Below are positions 1 to 9,437 of a stretch of DNA of 64,000 nt, one piece after another. The position numbers and the translations under genes were made by a program. Each line of letters opens with the position of its first letter. The stretch's first letter is position 1. The notes below the pieces were generated by a model. That model saw only the letters and a list, made by a program, of their open reading frames with translations. It did no database searches and was not told where the DNA came from. Origin of the DNA: Alphaproteobacteria bacterium (GTDB lineage Bacteria; Pseudomonadota; Alphaproteobacteria; MPNO01; UBA830); the NCBI GenBank assembly GCA_964291215.2, contig OZ219791.1, forward strand, positions 320,001 through 384,000. Reading direction: 5' to 3'.

Positions 1-225
1 GTATCCGAGCTGGCCGACCGTGAAGCCCAGCATGTAGCCGCTGAGCGTGAGCTGGATCTCGGCCGCCGAAACCCCGAACTCCTGTCGAAGCGTCGGAAAG
101 CTTGGCAGATACATATCGATCGCCAGCGGCGCCAGTGCGGCGACCACCGCCAGCGACAGGATTGTCGACCATTCCGACCCGTAATTGTCGGAACGTCGGT
201 CCCCGTTGCTGTCAGCGGGTGTCAC
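1..225 (-). CDS. Bcr/CflA family MFS drug efflux transporter (N-terminal part; runs off window edge)
   Basis: Manual translation from GTG at 225 gives ...LAPLAIDMYLPSFPTLRQEFGVSAAEIQLTLSGYMLGFTVGQLGY, which carries the Bcr/CflA DMYLP signature. Not in the ORF track. Confidence 0.85.
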   Translation of the reverse strand, partial: MTPADSNGDRRSDNYGSEWSTILSLAVVAALAPLAIDMYLPSFPTLRQEFGVSAAEIQLTLSGYMLGFTVGQLGY

Positions 226-354
226 GGTCGTCCGCCCTCGATGCGCGCCCTCGGGCGCATACTGGCCGGCCGGCTTTTCGCAGGCGTCCGGCGGCTCGCC
301 GGCACGAGCAACGGCGCCCCGTGCCGGCGCCGGACTGCGGGGATCACGCGGCGG

Positions 355-1320
355 TCATCCGCCCGCGGGCCGGCCGCTGTCCCGGTCCCTGAGCAGCCGG
401 ACCAGTCCGAGAAAGGCGGGCTCCGGATGGAGCACGATCGATGTCGGGATCTCCTTCAGATAACTCTCGTACCGGCCCTTTGCGTCGAACCGCGAACGGA
501 ATTGCGATGCCGCAAAATACTCCCGCATGCGTGGGATGATTCCGCCGGCGATATAAACTCCGCCCCGGGCTCCGAGCGTGAGCGCGATGTCGCCCGCGAC
601 GGTCCCGAACATCGCGCAGAACGTGTCGAGCGCACGGCCGCTCACCGGACACCCCTGTGCCGCGGCCGCGGTGACTGCTGCCGCATCGCGGTCCGGGACG
701 GTACCCCCGCTCTCCGCGTTGAACCAGTCATGGAGACGGACGAGGCCGTCCCCGGAGAGCAGGGTTTCGGCGGACACATGTCCGCAGTCCCGGCGGAATG
801 CTGCCAGCATTCTTGCCTCGTCATCCGTGCAGGCGGGCATCGTGACGTGGCCTCCCTCGCCGCTAACGACGGCGATGCGGTCTGGTCCGGGCAGGCAGGC
901 GGCGACGCCCAGGCCGGTGCCGGCGCCGAGCACCGCCAGTGGCGTTCCGGCCACGCTCCGGCCGTCGCCGATGCGGTGGAGATCGGAATCGGCAAGATCA
1001 GGCAATGCCCACGCAACCGCCCCGAAGTCGTTGATCAGCACGATATCGTCGATCCCCGTTTCCATGGCGAGCCGCGCGGTGTCGATGGTCCAGCCCGCAT
1101 TGGTGAGGCGGGCGGTCGAGCCTTCGACCGGACCCGCCCAGCCGAGCGCGGCGGCGCGGGGCGCGTCCGGCGCCGTATCCCGTTCGAGGAAGGAGCGGAT
1201 CGCCTCCAGAGGTCCCACGAAGTCGCGTGTCGTCAACCTGGTGATCGGTCCCACGCGGTGGCGGCCGGCGCGGGCAAACCGAGCGTTGGTGCCGCCGATG
1301 TCGCCGACCAGATACGGCAT
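355..1320 (-). CDS. glk: Glucokinase
   Basis: LVGDIGGTNARF, LINDF, GAGTGLG, EGGH, GGVYIAGGI motifs; likely start at MPYLVG (1320). Confidence 0.93.
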   Translation of the reverse strand: MPYLVGDIGGTNARFARAGRHRVGPITRLTTRDFVGPLEAIRSFLERDTAPDAPRAAALGWAGPVEGSTARLTNAGWTIDTARLAMETGIDDIVLINDFGAVAWALPDLADSDLHRIGDGRSVAGTPLAVLGAGTGLGVAACLPGPDRIAVVSGEGGHVTMPACTDDEARMLAAFRRDCGHVSAETLLSGDGLVRLHDWFNAESGGTVPDRDAAAVTAAAAQGCPVSGRALDTFCAMFGTVAGDIALTLGARGGVYIAGGIIPRMREYFAASQFRSRFDAKGRYESYLKEIPTSIVLHPEPAFLGLVRLLRDRDSGRPAGG

Positions 1321-1372
1321 GGATCCGGAGCGCGGAGGCAGTCCTCCGTTGCCGGCTGGCCGGGAATCTGGT

Positions 1373-3181
1373 CTACGGGGTTGCATACTGGAAGGCGTTG
1401 TCCCAGGACCGGGACAGTTTCATTGCCGAGTTGATCAGGCCGACCATCGAATAGGTTTGCGGGAAATTGCCCCAGAGCTCGCCCGTGACCGGGTCGATAT
1501 CCTCCGACAGCAGACCGGCCGCGTTTCTTGATTCGAGCATGTTCTCGAACAGAATCCGCGCCTCGCCCACCCGTCCCGCCATCGCCAGCGCGTCGATGTA
1601 CCAGAAGGTGCAGGCATTGAACGCGACTTCCGGCTTGCCGAAATCGTCGGCGATGGCGTAGCGGTATATGTGATCGCCGTGACGCAATTCCTTTTCGATC
1701 CGCTCCAGCGTCGTCGTGAAACGCGGATCCCGCGCATTGACGAAACCCATCTGCGGCAGCAGCAGCAGGACGGCATCAACATCAGTGCCGCCGAATGTCG
1801 AGGTAAACGAGCGCAGCTTTTCGTTCCACGCATGGGTGACGATCTTGTCGTAGATGTTGCGTGCCGTCGTCGACCAGTGCCGGGCGCGGTCCGTCAAGCC
1901 GAGTCTCACCGCAATCTGGGCGAGACGGTCGCACCCGGCCCAGCACATGACGCTCGAGAAGGTATGGACGGACTGCGTTTCGCGCAGTTCCCAGATCCCC
2001 GCATCGGGTTTGTTCCAGGATTCCGCCGCCTTGTTGCCCAGCGCTTCGAGACGGCGGAACAGCGCCTCGTCGCCCTGCCGCACCAGCCGGAGGTCGAAGA
2101 ACATCTGGGTGCAGGACAGGATCGCGAACCCGTACCCGTCATTCTGGATCTGCCTGTACGCATCGTTGCCAACGCGCACCGGCCCCATGCCGCGGTAGCC
2201 GGGAAGGCCTTTGATGAAGGTTTCGGGAAGCGATTTGGCCTGGGCCACTCCGAAAAGCGGCTGCAGGTATCCGTCCTCTGCCGCCTCGGCGATGTTCAGG
2301 ATGTAGTTGAGATAGCCCTCCATGGTCTGCGTCACGCCAAGGCTGTTGAGCGCGTGGACGACGAAAAACGAATCTCGCAGCCAGCAATAGCGGTAGTCCC
2401 AGTTCCTTCCGCTGTCGGGCGCTTCGGGAATGGATGTGGTGGGGGCCGCGATGACGGCGCCCGATTCCTCGAAATAGGACAGTTTCAGGGTGATCGCGGC
2501 GCGTATGACGGCAGTCTGCCACTCGAACGGCAGCGAAAGATAGCGGACCCATTCGCGCCAGTAGTCCTCGGTCTGATCGCAGAAGTCCCTGAACGTCGCT
2601 CCGACCGCACCGCTCAGGGTCTCGTCCGGCCCGATGACGAAGGTAGTCGGCGTCTCAAGCAGGAACGGGACCTCTTCGAGAACATAGGTAACCGGCGCAT
2701 CAGTCGTCAGCCTCAACGTCAGGTCCGGCATCACGTAGCGCACATGATTCGATCCGCGCGTGATTTCCGGGAGCCTGCTTCCGTAGTCGCAGGTCGGGCG
2801 CAGGCGGATCGTGCAGCGTGGGGTGCCGGACAGCGGAATGACTTGGCGCAGGATCATCGGCGGCCGGAACATGCGGCCGTACTGGTTGAAGCGCGGCACC
2901 AAGTCGATGACCTTGACCGCCCCCCCCTTGTCGTCGTGGAGAATGGTCTCGACGATAGCCGTATTGTTGCGGTAGCTCTGACTCGAATGCGAGAAATGCT
3001 TGATCTCAACGGCAAACACGCCGTTTTCCTGATCGTCGGGCGCATGCAGAAGGGCGCAGAACCGCGGGTCGCTGTCGAATCGCGGAAGGCAACTCCAGAC
3101 GATCCGCGCCCAGCGGTCGATGAGGGCGCTGAAGCTGCAGTTGCCTATGACGGCGAGTTCAAGATCGGTGTTCATGCGCAT
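1373..3181 (-). CDS. Glycoside hydrolase family 15 (trehalase/glucoamylase-like)
   Basis: AVIGNC, CLPRFDS, AAPTTSIPE, NWDYRYCWLRD, GLLSED, GNFPQTYS motifs; start approximate. Confidence 0.92.
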   Translation of the reverse strand: MRMNTDLELAVIGNCSFSALIDRWARIVWSCLPRFDSDPRFCALLHAPDDQENGVFAVEIKHFSHSSQSYRNNTAIVETILHDDKGGAVKVIDLVPRFNQYGRMFRPPMILRQVIPLSGTPRCTIRLRPTCDYGSRLPEITRGSNHVRYVMPDLTLRLTTDAPVTYVLEEVPFLLETPTTFVIGPDETLSGAVGATFRDFCDQTEDYWREWVRYLSLPFEWQTAVIRAAITLKLSYFEESGAVIAAPTTSIPEAPDSGRNWDYRYCWLRDSFFVVHALNSLGVTQTMEGYLNYILNIAEAAEDGYLQPLFGVAQAKSLPETFIKGLPGYRGMGPVRVGNDAYRQIQNDGYGFAILSCTQMFFDLRLVRQGDEALFRRLEALGNKAAESWNKPDAGIWELRETQSVHTFSSVMCWAGCDRLAQIAVRLGLTDRARHWSTTARNIYDKIVTHAWNEKLRSFTSTFGGTDVDAVLLLLPQMGFVNARDPRFTTTLERIEKELRHGDHIYRYAIADDFGKPEVAFNACTFWYIDALAMAGRVGEARILFENMLESRNAAGLLSEDIDPVTGELWGNFPQTYSMVGLINSAMKLSRSWDNAFQYATP

Positions 3182-3959
3182 CTTCCCGTTTTCGGCGCGG
3201 CGCCCGAAGGCATGCCGGCCAGCTGTCGAGCCACGCGACGACTTCGTCGACATCCTTCAGGACATGGCGCGCCGCGGTCTGGTCCGTATGGCCCACCCGA
3301 ATGGCATACCCTTTAGCCATGTTGACATGGGCGAACCCGTCCTCGTCGGTCGTGTCGTCGCCGATGAATACCGGCGTTCGCCCCTTGAAGGGCGCTTCGG
3401 CCATGAAATCGCGGATTGCGGATCCCTTGTCGGCTCCTGCCGGCTTGATCTCGATAACCATGTGGCCGTGCATCACCCGCATGTCGGGCGCATGTTCGCG
3501 CACCATATCCCGGACATGGTCCCGCAGCGTGTCTTCGGTCGCGGGAACCTGCCGGTAGTGGACGGCGACGGCGTGCGACTTCTCTTCGATGATGACGCCG
3601 GGTGCGCCCGCCGCAACCGCCCTCAGGCCGGCTTGCAGCCGGTCCAGCCCGGGCGGGGCTGGTCCGGCCCGGCGCCGCCCGTGAACATCGCGGCGTTCCA
3701 GCCCGTGCTGGCCGGCCGCGGGAAGCCGGTGCGGCCGGAACAGCTCGTCGAGCTCGTCGATCGGACGTCCGCTGACCAGGCCGATGGCGCCGCCGAGACA
3801 GGGCAGGAGTTCATCGAGGATCCGGCACACGCGGTCGCTGCGCCGGACTTTATCGGGAGTTGCCTTCAGGTGCAGCACGGTGCCGTCCACATCCAGAAAC
3901 AACGCCCAGCCGGGCTCGGGACGAAGGCTCAGCGCCGAGGGTCTATCAAGTGAACGCAT
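3159..3959 (-). CDS. otsB: Trehalose-6-phosphate phosphatase (HAD superfamily)
   Basis: LFLDVDGT, VSGR, AGQHGLE, EIKP..DKG, FIGDDTTDEDGF motifs; start at 3959 or 4010. Confidence 0.92.
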   Translation of the reverse strand: MRSLDRPSALSLRPEPGWALFLDVDGTVLHLKATPDKVRRSDRVCRILDELLPCLGGAIGLVSGRPIDELDELFRPHRLPAAGQHGLERRDVHGRRRAGPAPPGLDRLQAGLRAVAAGAPGVIIEEKSHAVAVHYRQVPATEDTLRDHVRDMVREHAPDMRVMHGHMVIEIKPAGADKGSAIRDFMAEAPFKGRTPVFIGDDTTDEDGFAHVNMAKGYAIRVGHTDQTAARHVLKDVDEVVAWLDSWPACLRAPRRKREDAHEHRS

Positions 3960-4095
3960 TGCGATTCCGAAAGCAGCTCGCAGCCCGGCAAGTTTCCGTT
4001 CGTGCGCCATAATAGCTCGAATCTTCGGGATATGGGCACCGGCGCGCCGCGGAGAGCCCGGGCCTTTCAACGAGCCATGATTAACTCGACGGTAT

Positions 4096-5270
4096 CTACT
4101 CACCCCTAGTTGGGTTCTGATTGGTCGTAGTGCTCGTTGATGATGTCTGCGGCTTTTCCGTCGAGGGCGATCTGGGTGGCGACGAGTGGGTTGTAGCCGA
4201 GTGCGGCCATGGAGGTGAGGTAGCTTGAGCCCCGGCACCATGCTTTTGCGTGGAGCGGAAGCATCCGGACACCTTGAGCTTTGCCATCCTGATCTTCTGT
4301 TCTCCGGCATTGTTGGTGAAGCTGACATCGGGGTCGTCTGTGAAGCGCAGGTTTTCGTGTTTCATGAGACGTTCGTGCAGGTTGTGCGCGTTTGCTATGC
4401 GTTTTCCTTTCGGCGGGATGTCGGGCAGTTCCTTGGCGCCCTGATGGTGCGGTAGCGCACGGCCTCGTTCAGGGTCCTGGATGCGCTCTTGTTGATCTTG
4501 TGGCAGACCTCGCGGAGCAGGCTCTTCATCAGTCGCGCGGTAGCCTCGACGACGAAGGTCAGTTCGCGCAGCAGGTGGCTGCCGCTGGTGGCTACACTGC
4601 CATGTACGAGGCCCAGGACGCCCTTGTAGCACGGGCCGATCTCTTGCTTGCGGTGCGGGAACTTGCACGTCCCGACGACATGGAGCCACTTGCTGTTGAT
4701 CCGAAATCGTCGACATCGGGCGTTGCAGGAGGTGCGCCACGGCGGCCTCCTCCCATGACGCATCGTGAAAGCATGGCCGAGGCCTCGGAGAGCTTGATGC
4801 CGGAGATCGCCTGCACGAGCGCGACGGCGCAGGGACAGCATTTGGGCGACCAGCAGGTTGATGACGAGGGCTTGGATGCCGTACTGCACGGGATGTTGTC
4901 GGGGAACCGGGCCTTGCACTTTGGGCATTCCTCGGCGTCGACGCGGCACGACCTCGAACACGATGTCGTGCGGCGCTCCCGATCGACGGGGTCGGCGCCG
5001 CAGGCGTCGCAGGCCGCGACCGTTTCCTCGACGATGGTCTTGCGCAGGTTGTCGCCCATCTGCCGGTTCGGCTTCGGGCCCTTGCTCCCGGCACGCTTCG
5101 CGCTCTCGTCCGTCTGTGACGGCGGCAGACCGGAGTTCCGGCTCGTGCGTGGTTTTCTCCAGAAGGACGACGATGAGGATGTCGAGGACGCGGATCACGG
5201 CCTCTTCCGACACCTTACCGGCCGCACGCAGCGCCGCAGCCTTGGCCGCTTCGAACTCCTCGCGCGCCGC
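4096..5270 (-). pseudogene. IS66 transposase, frameshifted
   Basis: IS66 motifs spread across several frames; boundaries approximate. Confidence 0.8.
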
Positions 5271-5279
5271 CCGTCGCCA

Positions 5280-5893
5280 TCACCCGGCCTCGCCGCGAGC
5301 ATCGCCCGGCGCTCACCCGGCGGCATCTTCCGGTACTCCGCCTTGCGCTTGATGCGCTGACGGTCCGTGCGGTTCCGCCCGGCATGGCTGGCCGAGTGCA
5401 TCCCCGCCCGGGCTCGAAGTTGAGCCACACCACCTCGGTGCGGACCCGGGGCGTCACCTGCACGACGATGCGGCGCCAGTCTCGCAGCAGGTCGTCGTAC
5501 AACGCCGAGGGGCAGCCCAAGACCATCGCCTGACACGGCAGCCCCTTGAGCAGTTCAAGGAGTTCGACATGGTCGGCTTCGGTGTAGTCGTGGCGGTATC
5601 GCCGCTTCGACCGGCGGGTCGCCTGCAGGGGTCGCTGCAGACCAGTTCCGTGCCCCGGAACGCAAGGCCGGCCAGGAACGCGTGGGCGCAGCCGTGGATC
5701 AGTTTCACCGGATAGTCGCACCCGAATCCGTCCAGCGCTCCCGGTCGATCCCGATAGAGCATGGCGCCGGCGCCTTGCGCTTCATCAGCGCGCCGCCTCC
5801 CGGATGCGTTTCCACATACAGATCATGCGGGGGCTGGAGCCCCGGAAGCAGCTGGCACAGCCCGCTCGTCGCTTTCGATCCAAAGTAGCCCAC
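5280..5893 (-). pseudogene. Dam-like (D12 class) DNA adenine methyltransferase inside IS66, frameshifted
   Basis: Stitched frames: VGYFGSKATSGLCQ..PPHDLYVETHPGGGALMKRK..IGID..ELVCSDP[PY lost]..YRHDYTEADHVELLELLKGLPCQAMVLG.PSALYDDLL..RTEVVWLNF. The YxGxK, E..GGG, DPPY-position and ExxWxN elements match Dam-type MTases. Confidence 0.75.
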
Positions 5894-6072
5894 TGGCGGT
5901 CCCCGTCGTTCTCGATGACCACCACTAAACGAATCAGCCTGCAGTGTCAAATCTCCACGAAAACCCGTTCGTTACTCTACCCCGACATCAAGCCGGAACC
6001 AGGGGGTGAGCAGTTACCAAAAATCAACGCATTCAATAGTGTCAGGTTGAAAGGCCCGGGCGACGGGCGCAG

Positions 6073-6672
6073 TCAGGGCAGGGCGGAGGCAGCGCCGTCC
6101 CGCAGTTCTTCCTCGATCGGCACTTGCAAGGCTTCGTGGACCGAGTTGTACATCTTCCAAAAACCGACGACGCAGGCGAGTTCGACGATCTGCGGCGGCG
6201 TCAGCTGCGCGGCCAGTTCGTCGAGCAGGGCTGTTGGAACCGCGCCGTGGTCGAGTGTAGCCGCCCGAGCATACTCTACCGCGATGCGCTCGACGGCGCT
6301 GTCCGGAACATGGGACGGATCGAGAAGCTCGGCGACTTGGGTTTCCGAGAAGTCCCAGCCCTCTCCTTCTCCGTCCGAAGCGCTGGTGAGGGTGTTGACG
6401 TTGTGCGCCACGCAGTAGGCGCTCTGGTTGAGATGCGAACAGATGGCGGCAATGCGCCGCTTGAGCGCCGGGTCGAGATGACCCGAGGGGTCACGCATGA
6501 CGGTGTTGTTGAGGCGGATCAGGGCCGAGAGGATTTCCGGACGGTGCATGTAGAGCCGGAGCGCGTTGGGCATGAAGCCCATGCGGCTCTCATACGCAGC
6601 AAGCGCGGCGCGAAGAGGTTCATCGAGGGCGCTGCCGTCAGCATAGGGGATGAAAGGGGTGTCTTCGCTCAT
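6073..6672 (-). CDS. Carboxymuconolactone decarboxylase / AhpD-like protein
   Basis: GFMPNALR..HRPE, LDPALKRRIAAICSHLNQSAYCVAH (SxxC in place of CxxC), QIVELACVVG. Confidence 0.8.
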   Translation of the reverse strand: MSEDTPFIPYADGSALDEPLRAALAAYESRMGFMPNALRLYMHRPEILSALIRLNNTVMRDPSGHLDPALKRRIAAICSHLNQSAYCVAHNVNTLTSASDGEGEGWDFSETQVAELLDPSHVPDSAVERIAVEYARAATLDHGAVPTALLDELAAQLTPPQIVELACVVGFWKMYNSVHEALQVPIEEELRDGAASALP

Positions 6673-6718
6673 CGGTTGTTCCGAAGCTGGTGGAGGGACG
6701 GGTCCGAGGCCGCCGGTG

Positions 6719-8131
6719 CTACAGGTAGTCCTCGAGCCTGACCTTTCCCCAGTTCAGGGGGAACGCCTGCCGGAAGTCGTCACCGCCGCGGTGAGGTTTG
6801 GCCGTTGCGTCGATGCCGATCTTGCCGACCAGGCGAAACGGTTCGTGGCCGGGCAGCGGTTGGGCGGACGGGTCGTAGGGAGAACCGCGCGTGCCGGGCA
6901 CGATGATGATGTCGCGCGCCGGGTCGACCCGTGTCGCCATGGCGTGATAGACGGCGCCGGGATCGTCGGGGTTGGTATCCGGGCCGACGGCAACCACCAT
7001 CTTGGTGTTCAGCCAGGGTGCACCCATGGTCTGCATCAGGGCGTCGTTGATCAGCCCCGGCCGCGGGTAGTCGAGCTGCAGGATGCAGCTCAGCGCGGCG
7101 CCCCAGGGCGGAAACCGCACGTCGCAGACATCGAGGCCGATCTCAGTCAGGCGGTTGTAGAGCACCGCTTCGTGGCACAGGCGGGGCAGGGTCTGATGGT
7201 CCGTGTCGGGAACTGTCTGGTGGTTCCTGTAGATGGGACGGCCTGCCCGCATCGTGACGGACCTGACCGCGATCTCGGGTATGTCCTGGTGCGCGGGAAG
7301 AAAATAGCCGCTCGGCGCGTTGACGCCGCCGGCACTGCGCGTACCGGAGAGGTCGACCACGGCCTCGACCACGATCTCCGCATGCGCCGGCACGAGAAGG
7401 TCGATGGTCTCGCACGGCGTCATCTCGATGTCCTGGTCCATCACGGTGCCGACCATCTCGAGTTCGCCCCAGAGGTCCATGTGCATGCCCGAGAAATTGG
7501 CCATGATCTCGTAGGCGGGATGGAGGCCGAAGACGATGGCGATCGGCATCTCCGCGAGGCCCGCATCGCGGTACTTGCGCATGATGATGTGGGTGTGCGG
7601 CGTTGCGAAGCTGATCACACCGTGGCTCGGGCCGAGCGGCGTGGTGCCGGCGTGGGACGAGTTGTAGAAGCCGGTCTCCGGATCCTTGACGATGTTCATC
7701 GCCGAAATGTAGCGGTTGCCTTCCTCCGCCGAATGGACGGGCACCGGAAGGTCGAGCCAGTTGGCGTCATCGCCGAGGCGGATGATCTCCTTTACGGGCC
7801 CGGTAGCGACCTCCACGAAGCCGCGGGGCGGCATGCGGAGGCGCTGTGCCAGCGTCGGCAGATAGTCTTCCTGGTCGACCCCGAGGGCGCGGCACTGCGA
7901 CCACCGGTGCTTGACCAGAATGTCGCAGATCCGGAAATCAGGATATTCCGTTATGTTCTCGAACAGCACCGGCCCCTCGGACTGCGCCGACAGCGCACCG
8001 ATATTGTCGATCGAGACCGGCCGCTCAACGACCGTCAGGATGTCGCTGTTGCTTTCGAGGTAACCGCGAAGGTCGCGATCGAGTGCGCGGTTGCTGCCGC
8101 AACCGGTCCGGGAAGCGCTGTCACCTGCCAT
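6719..8131 (-). CDS. UbiD-family (prFMN-type) protein with a divergent active site
   Basis: DLRGYL, GPVLFENI, GPVKE, KDPETGFYN, VPAHAEIVVE, KMVVAV..D, ATRVDPARD, KIGIDAT motifs. Confidence 0.9.
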   Translation of the reverse strand: MAGDSASRTGCGSNRALDRDLRGYLESNSDILTVVERPVSIDNIGALSAQSEGPVLFENITEYPDFRICDILVKHRWSQCRALGVDQEDYLPTLAQRLRMPPRGFVEVATGPVKEIIRLGDDANWLDLPVPVHSAEEGNRYISAMNIVKDPETGFYNSSHAGTTPLGPSHGVISFATPHTHIIMRKYRDAGLAEMPIAIVFGLHPAYEIMANFSGMHMDLWGELEMVGTVMDQDIEMTPCETIDLLVPAHAEIVVEAVVDLSGTRSAGGVNAPSGYFLPAHQDIPEIAVRSVTMRAGRPIYRNHQTVPDTDHQTLPRLCHEAVLYNRLTEIGLDVCDVRFPPWGAALSCILQLDYPRPGLINDALMQTMGAPWLNTKMVVAVGPDTNPDDPGAVYHAMATRVDPARDIIIVPGTRGSPYDPSAQPLPGHEPFRLVGKIGIDATAKPHRGGDDFRQAFPLNWGKVRLEDYL

Positions 8132-8136
8132 CGACG

Positions 8137-9177
8137 CTACGCGGCCGCCGCCATTCGCGCCTCGGCGCGGATCATGCGGTCGATTCTGCGGCGGAACAGG
8201 CCTGCGGATGCGTCGAGGTCAAGGCCGATCTTGCCGCGGCCCGAATGACGGTCCTCCCGCTGCTGGATGGCTTCGAGAATCTCCTTGTCCTCGGCGAAGG
8301 CGATGCGGAACTGTTCGCTGATGCGTTCGCCGACCCCGTCGTCGCCGATGTTGAAATCCCTGACATGGAGCCAGCGATCGATCGTCCGGTTTTCCGTGAT
8401 CGGCGTCATGAAGTGGCAGGAAAAGACCTGGACGCGCTGTTCGCCGCCCCCTTCGAACCCGCCGGTTCCCGCGGCCGCGCCGCCGAAATCGATGATAGAT
8501 GTCGACGGCGCATGCATCAGGTAGCGCTGCCACATGTCGACCCGGCTGTCGTCGTTGTTCGCCGCCCGGATGAATCCGGTGGGCGCCGAATCCGACGTCA
8601 GGCGCTCGGTCAGGACGCCCCACGAGGTTGCGCGATGCGTGACCGGCGCATTGATCTCGTCGGGGTTGCCGAGCGTCGACGGATGGACGTAGTTCACATG
8701 GGTGGGGTCGCAGAGATTGTCGCACAGCAGAAGGTAGTTGGCGGTCACGTCGAGCGCGTCACCGTGGGCGACAGCCCAGCCGTCCTGATGGTACTCGGGC
8801 AGGTCGTAGATCTCCGACTCGTCCGCCCGGTCGGCGTCTCCCATCCAGATCCAGACGAGACCCATTCGCTCGGCCACCGGATAGGCGCGCACCGCGCATT
8901 TGGTGGGAGGGGCGTCCTGGGTTGGGGCGCCCACGCAGCCGCCGCCGCCATCGAATATCAGACCGTGATAGCCGCACTGCAGGTTATTGCTGCGGATGCG
9001 CCCCTTCGAGAGCGGCAGGAAACGGTGTGGACAGAGGTCCTCGAGGGCTCGCGGCTGCCCGTCCGCGCCGCGCCAGAGCACGACCTCATCGCCAAGAATC
9101 GTCGCTGCGAGCGGCGAGGTCTCAAGGTCACGCGTGAAACTCGCTACGTACCACGCGTTGCGGACAAATGGCATCAT
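8137..9177 (-). CDS. Rieske non-heme iron oxygenase alpha subunit (VanA/TsaM-like)
   Basis: RNAWYVA; Rieske motif CPHR...CGYHG; mononuclear iron motif DNLCDPTHVNYVH; FAEDKEILEA. Confidence 0.92.
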   Translation of the reverse strand: MMPFVRNAWYVASFTRDLETSPLAATILGDEVVLWRGADGQPRALEDLCPHRFLPLSKGRIRSNNLQCGYHGLIFDGGGGCVGAPTQDAPPTKCAVRAYPVAERMGLVWIWMGDADRADESEIYDLPEYHQDGWAVAHGDALDVTANYLLLCDNLCDPTHVNYVHPSTLGNPDEINAPVTHRATSWGVLTERLTSDSAPTGFIRAANNDDSRVDMWQRYLMHAPSTSIIDFGGAAAGTGGFEGGGEQRVQVFSCHFMTPITENRTIDRWLHVRDFNIGDDGVGERISEQFRIAFAEDKEILEAIQQREDRHSGRGKIGLDLDASAGLFRRRIDRMIRAEARMAAAA

Positions 9178-9437
9178 GCACCTCCCGTCAGAGGTCGGGC
9201 GCCGGACGATCGGCCCGGGAGCCGGATATCATACTTGGAACATGGAGATTGTTGCGTGCGGCGTCAATGTCCATTCCGCTTTCGGGGCCGGCCCTAGCAA
9301 TCCATCGACATTGTATTGATGGTTTTTTGTGGGTAGTATTTCCGTGTCGGCATCCGTTGGAATCCGGACAGTGCCGATATCCACACGGGCAAGATGCCGA
9401 ACGGGCAGGCAGCAGCGGCCCCATGCGCAGGGGGTCC

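Larger units (their letters stand above)
4092..6017 (-). mobile_element. IS66-family (single-ORF, ISBst12-like) element copy 1, degenerate, with DNA methyltransferase passenger
   Basis: Imperfect terminal inverted repeats GTATCTACTCACCCC (4092) and GTAACTGCTCACCCC (reverse from 6017). Transposase fragments DPDVSFTNNAGEQKIRMAK, SHLLRELTFV, CPKCKA. No target-site duplication visible. Confidence 0.88.

Noticed and set aside
5280-5893. Type II restriction-modification system
   Set aside because: No endonuclease ORF lies beside any MTase copy; the neighbour is always the IS66 transposase.
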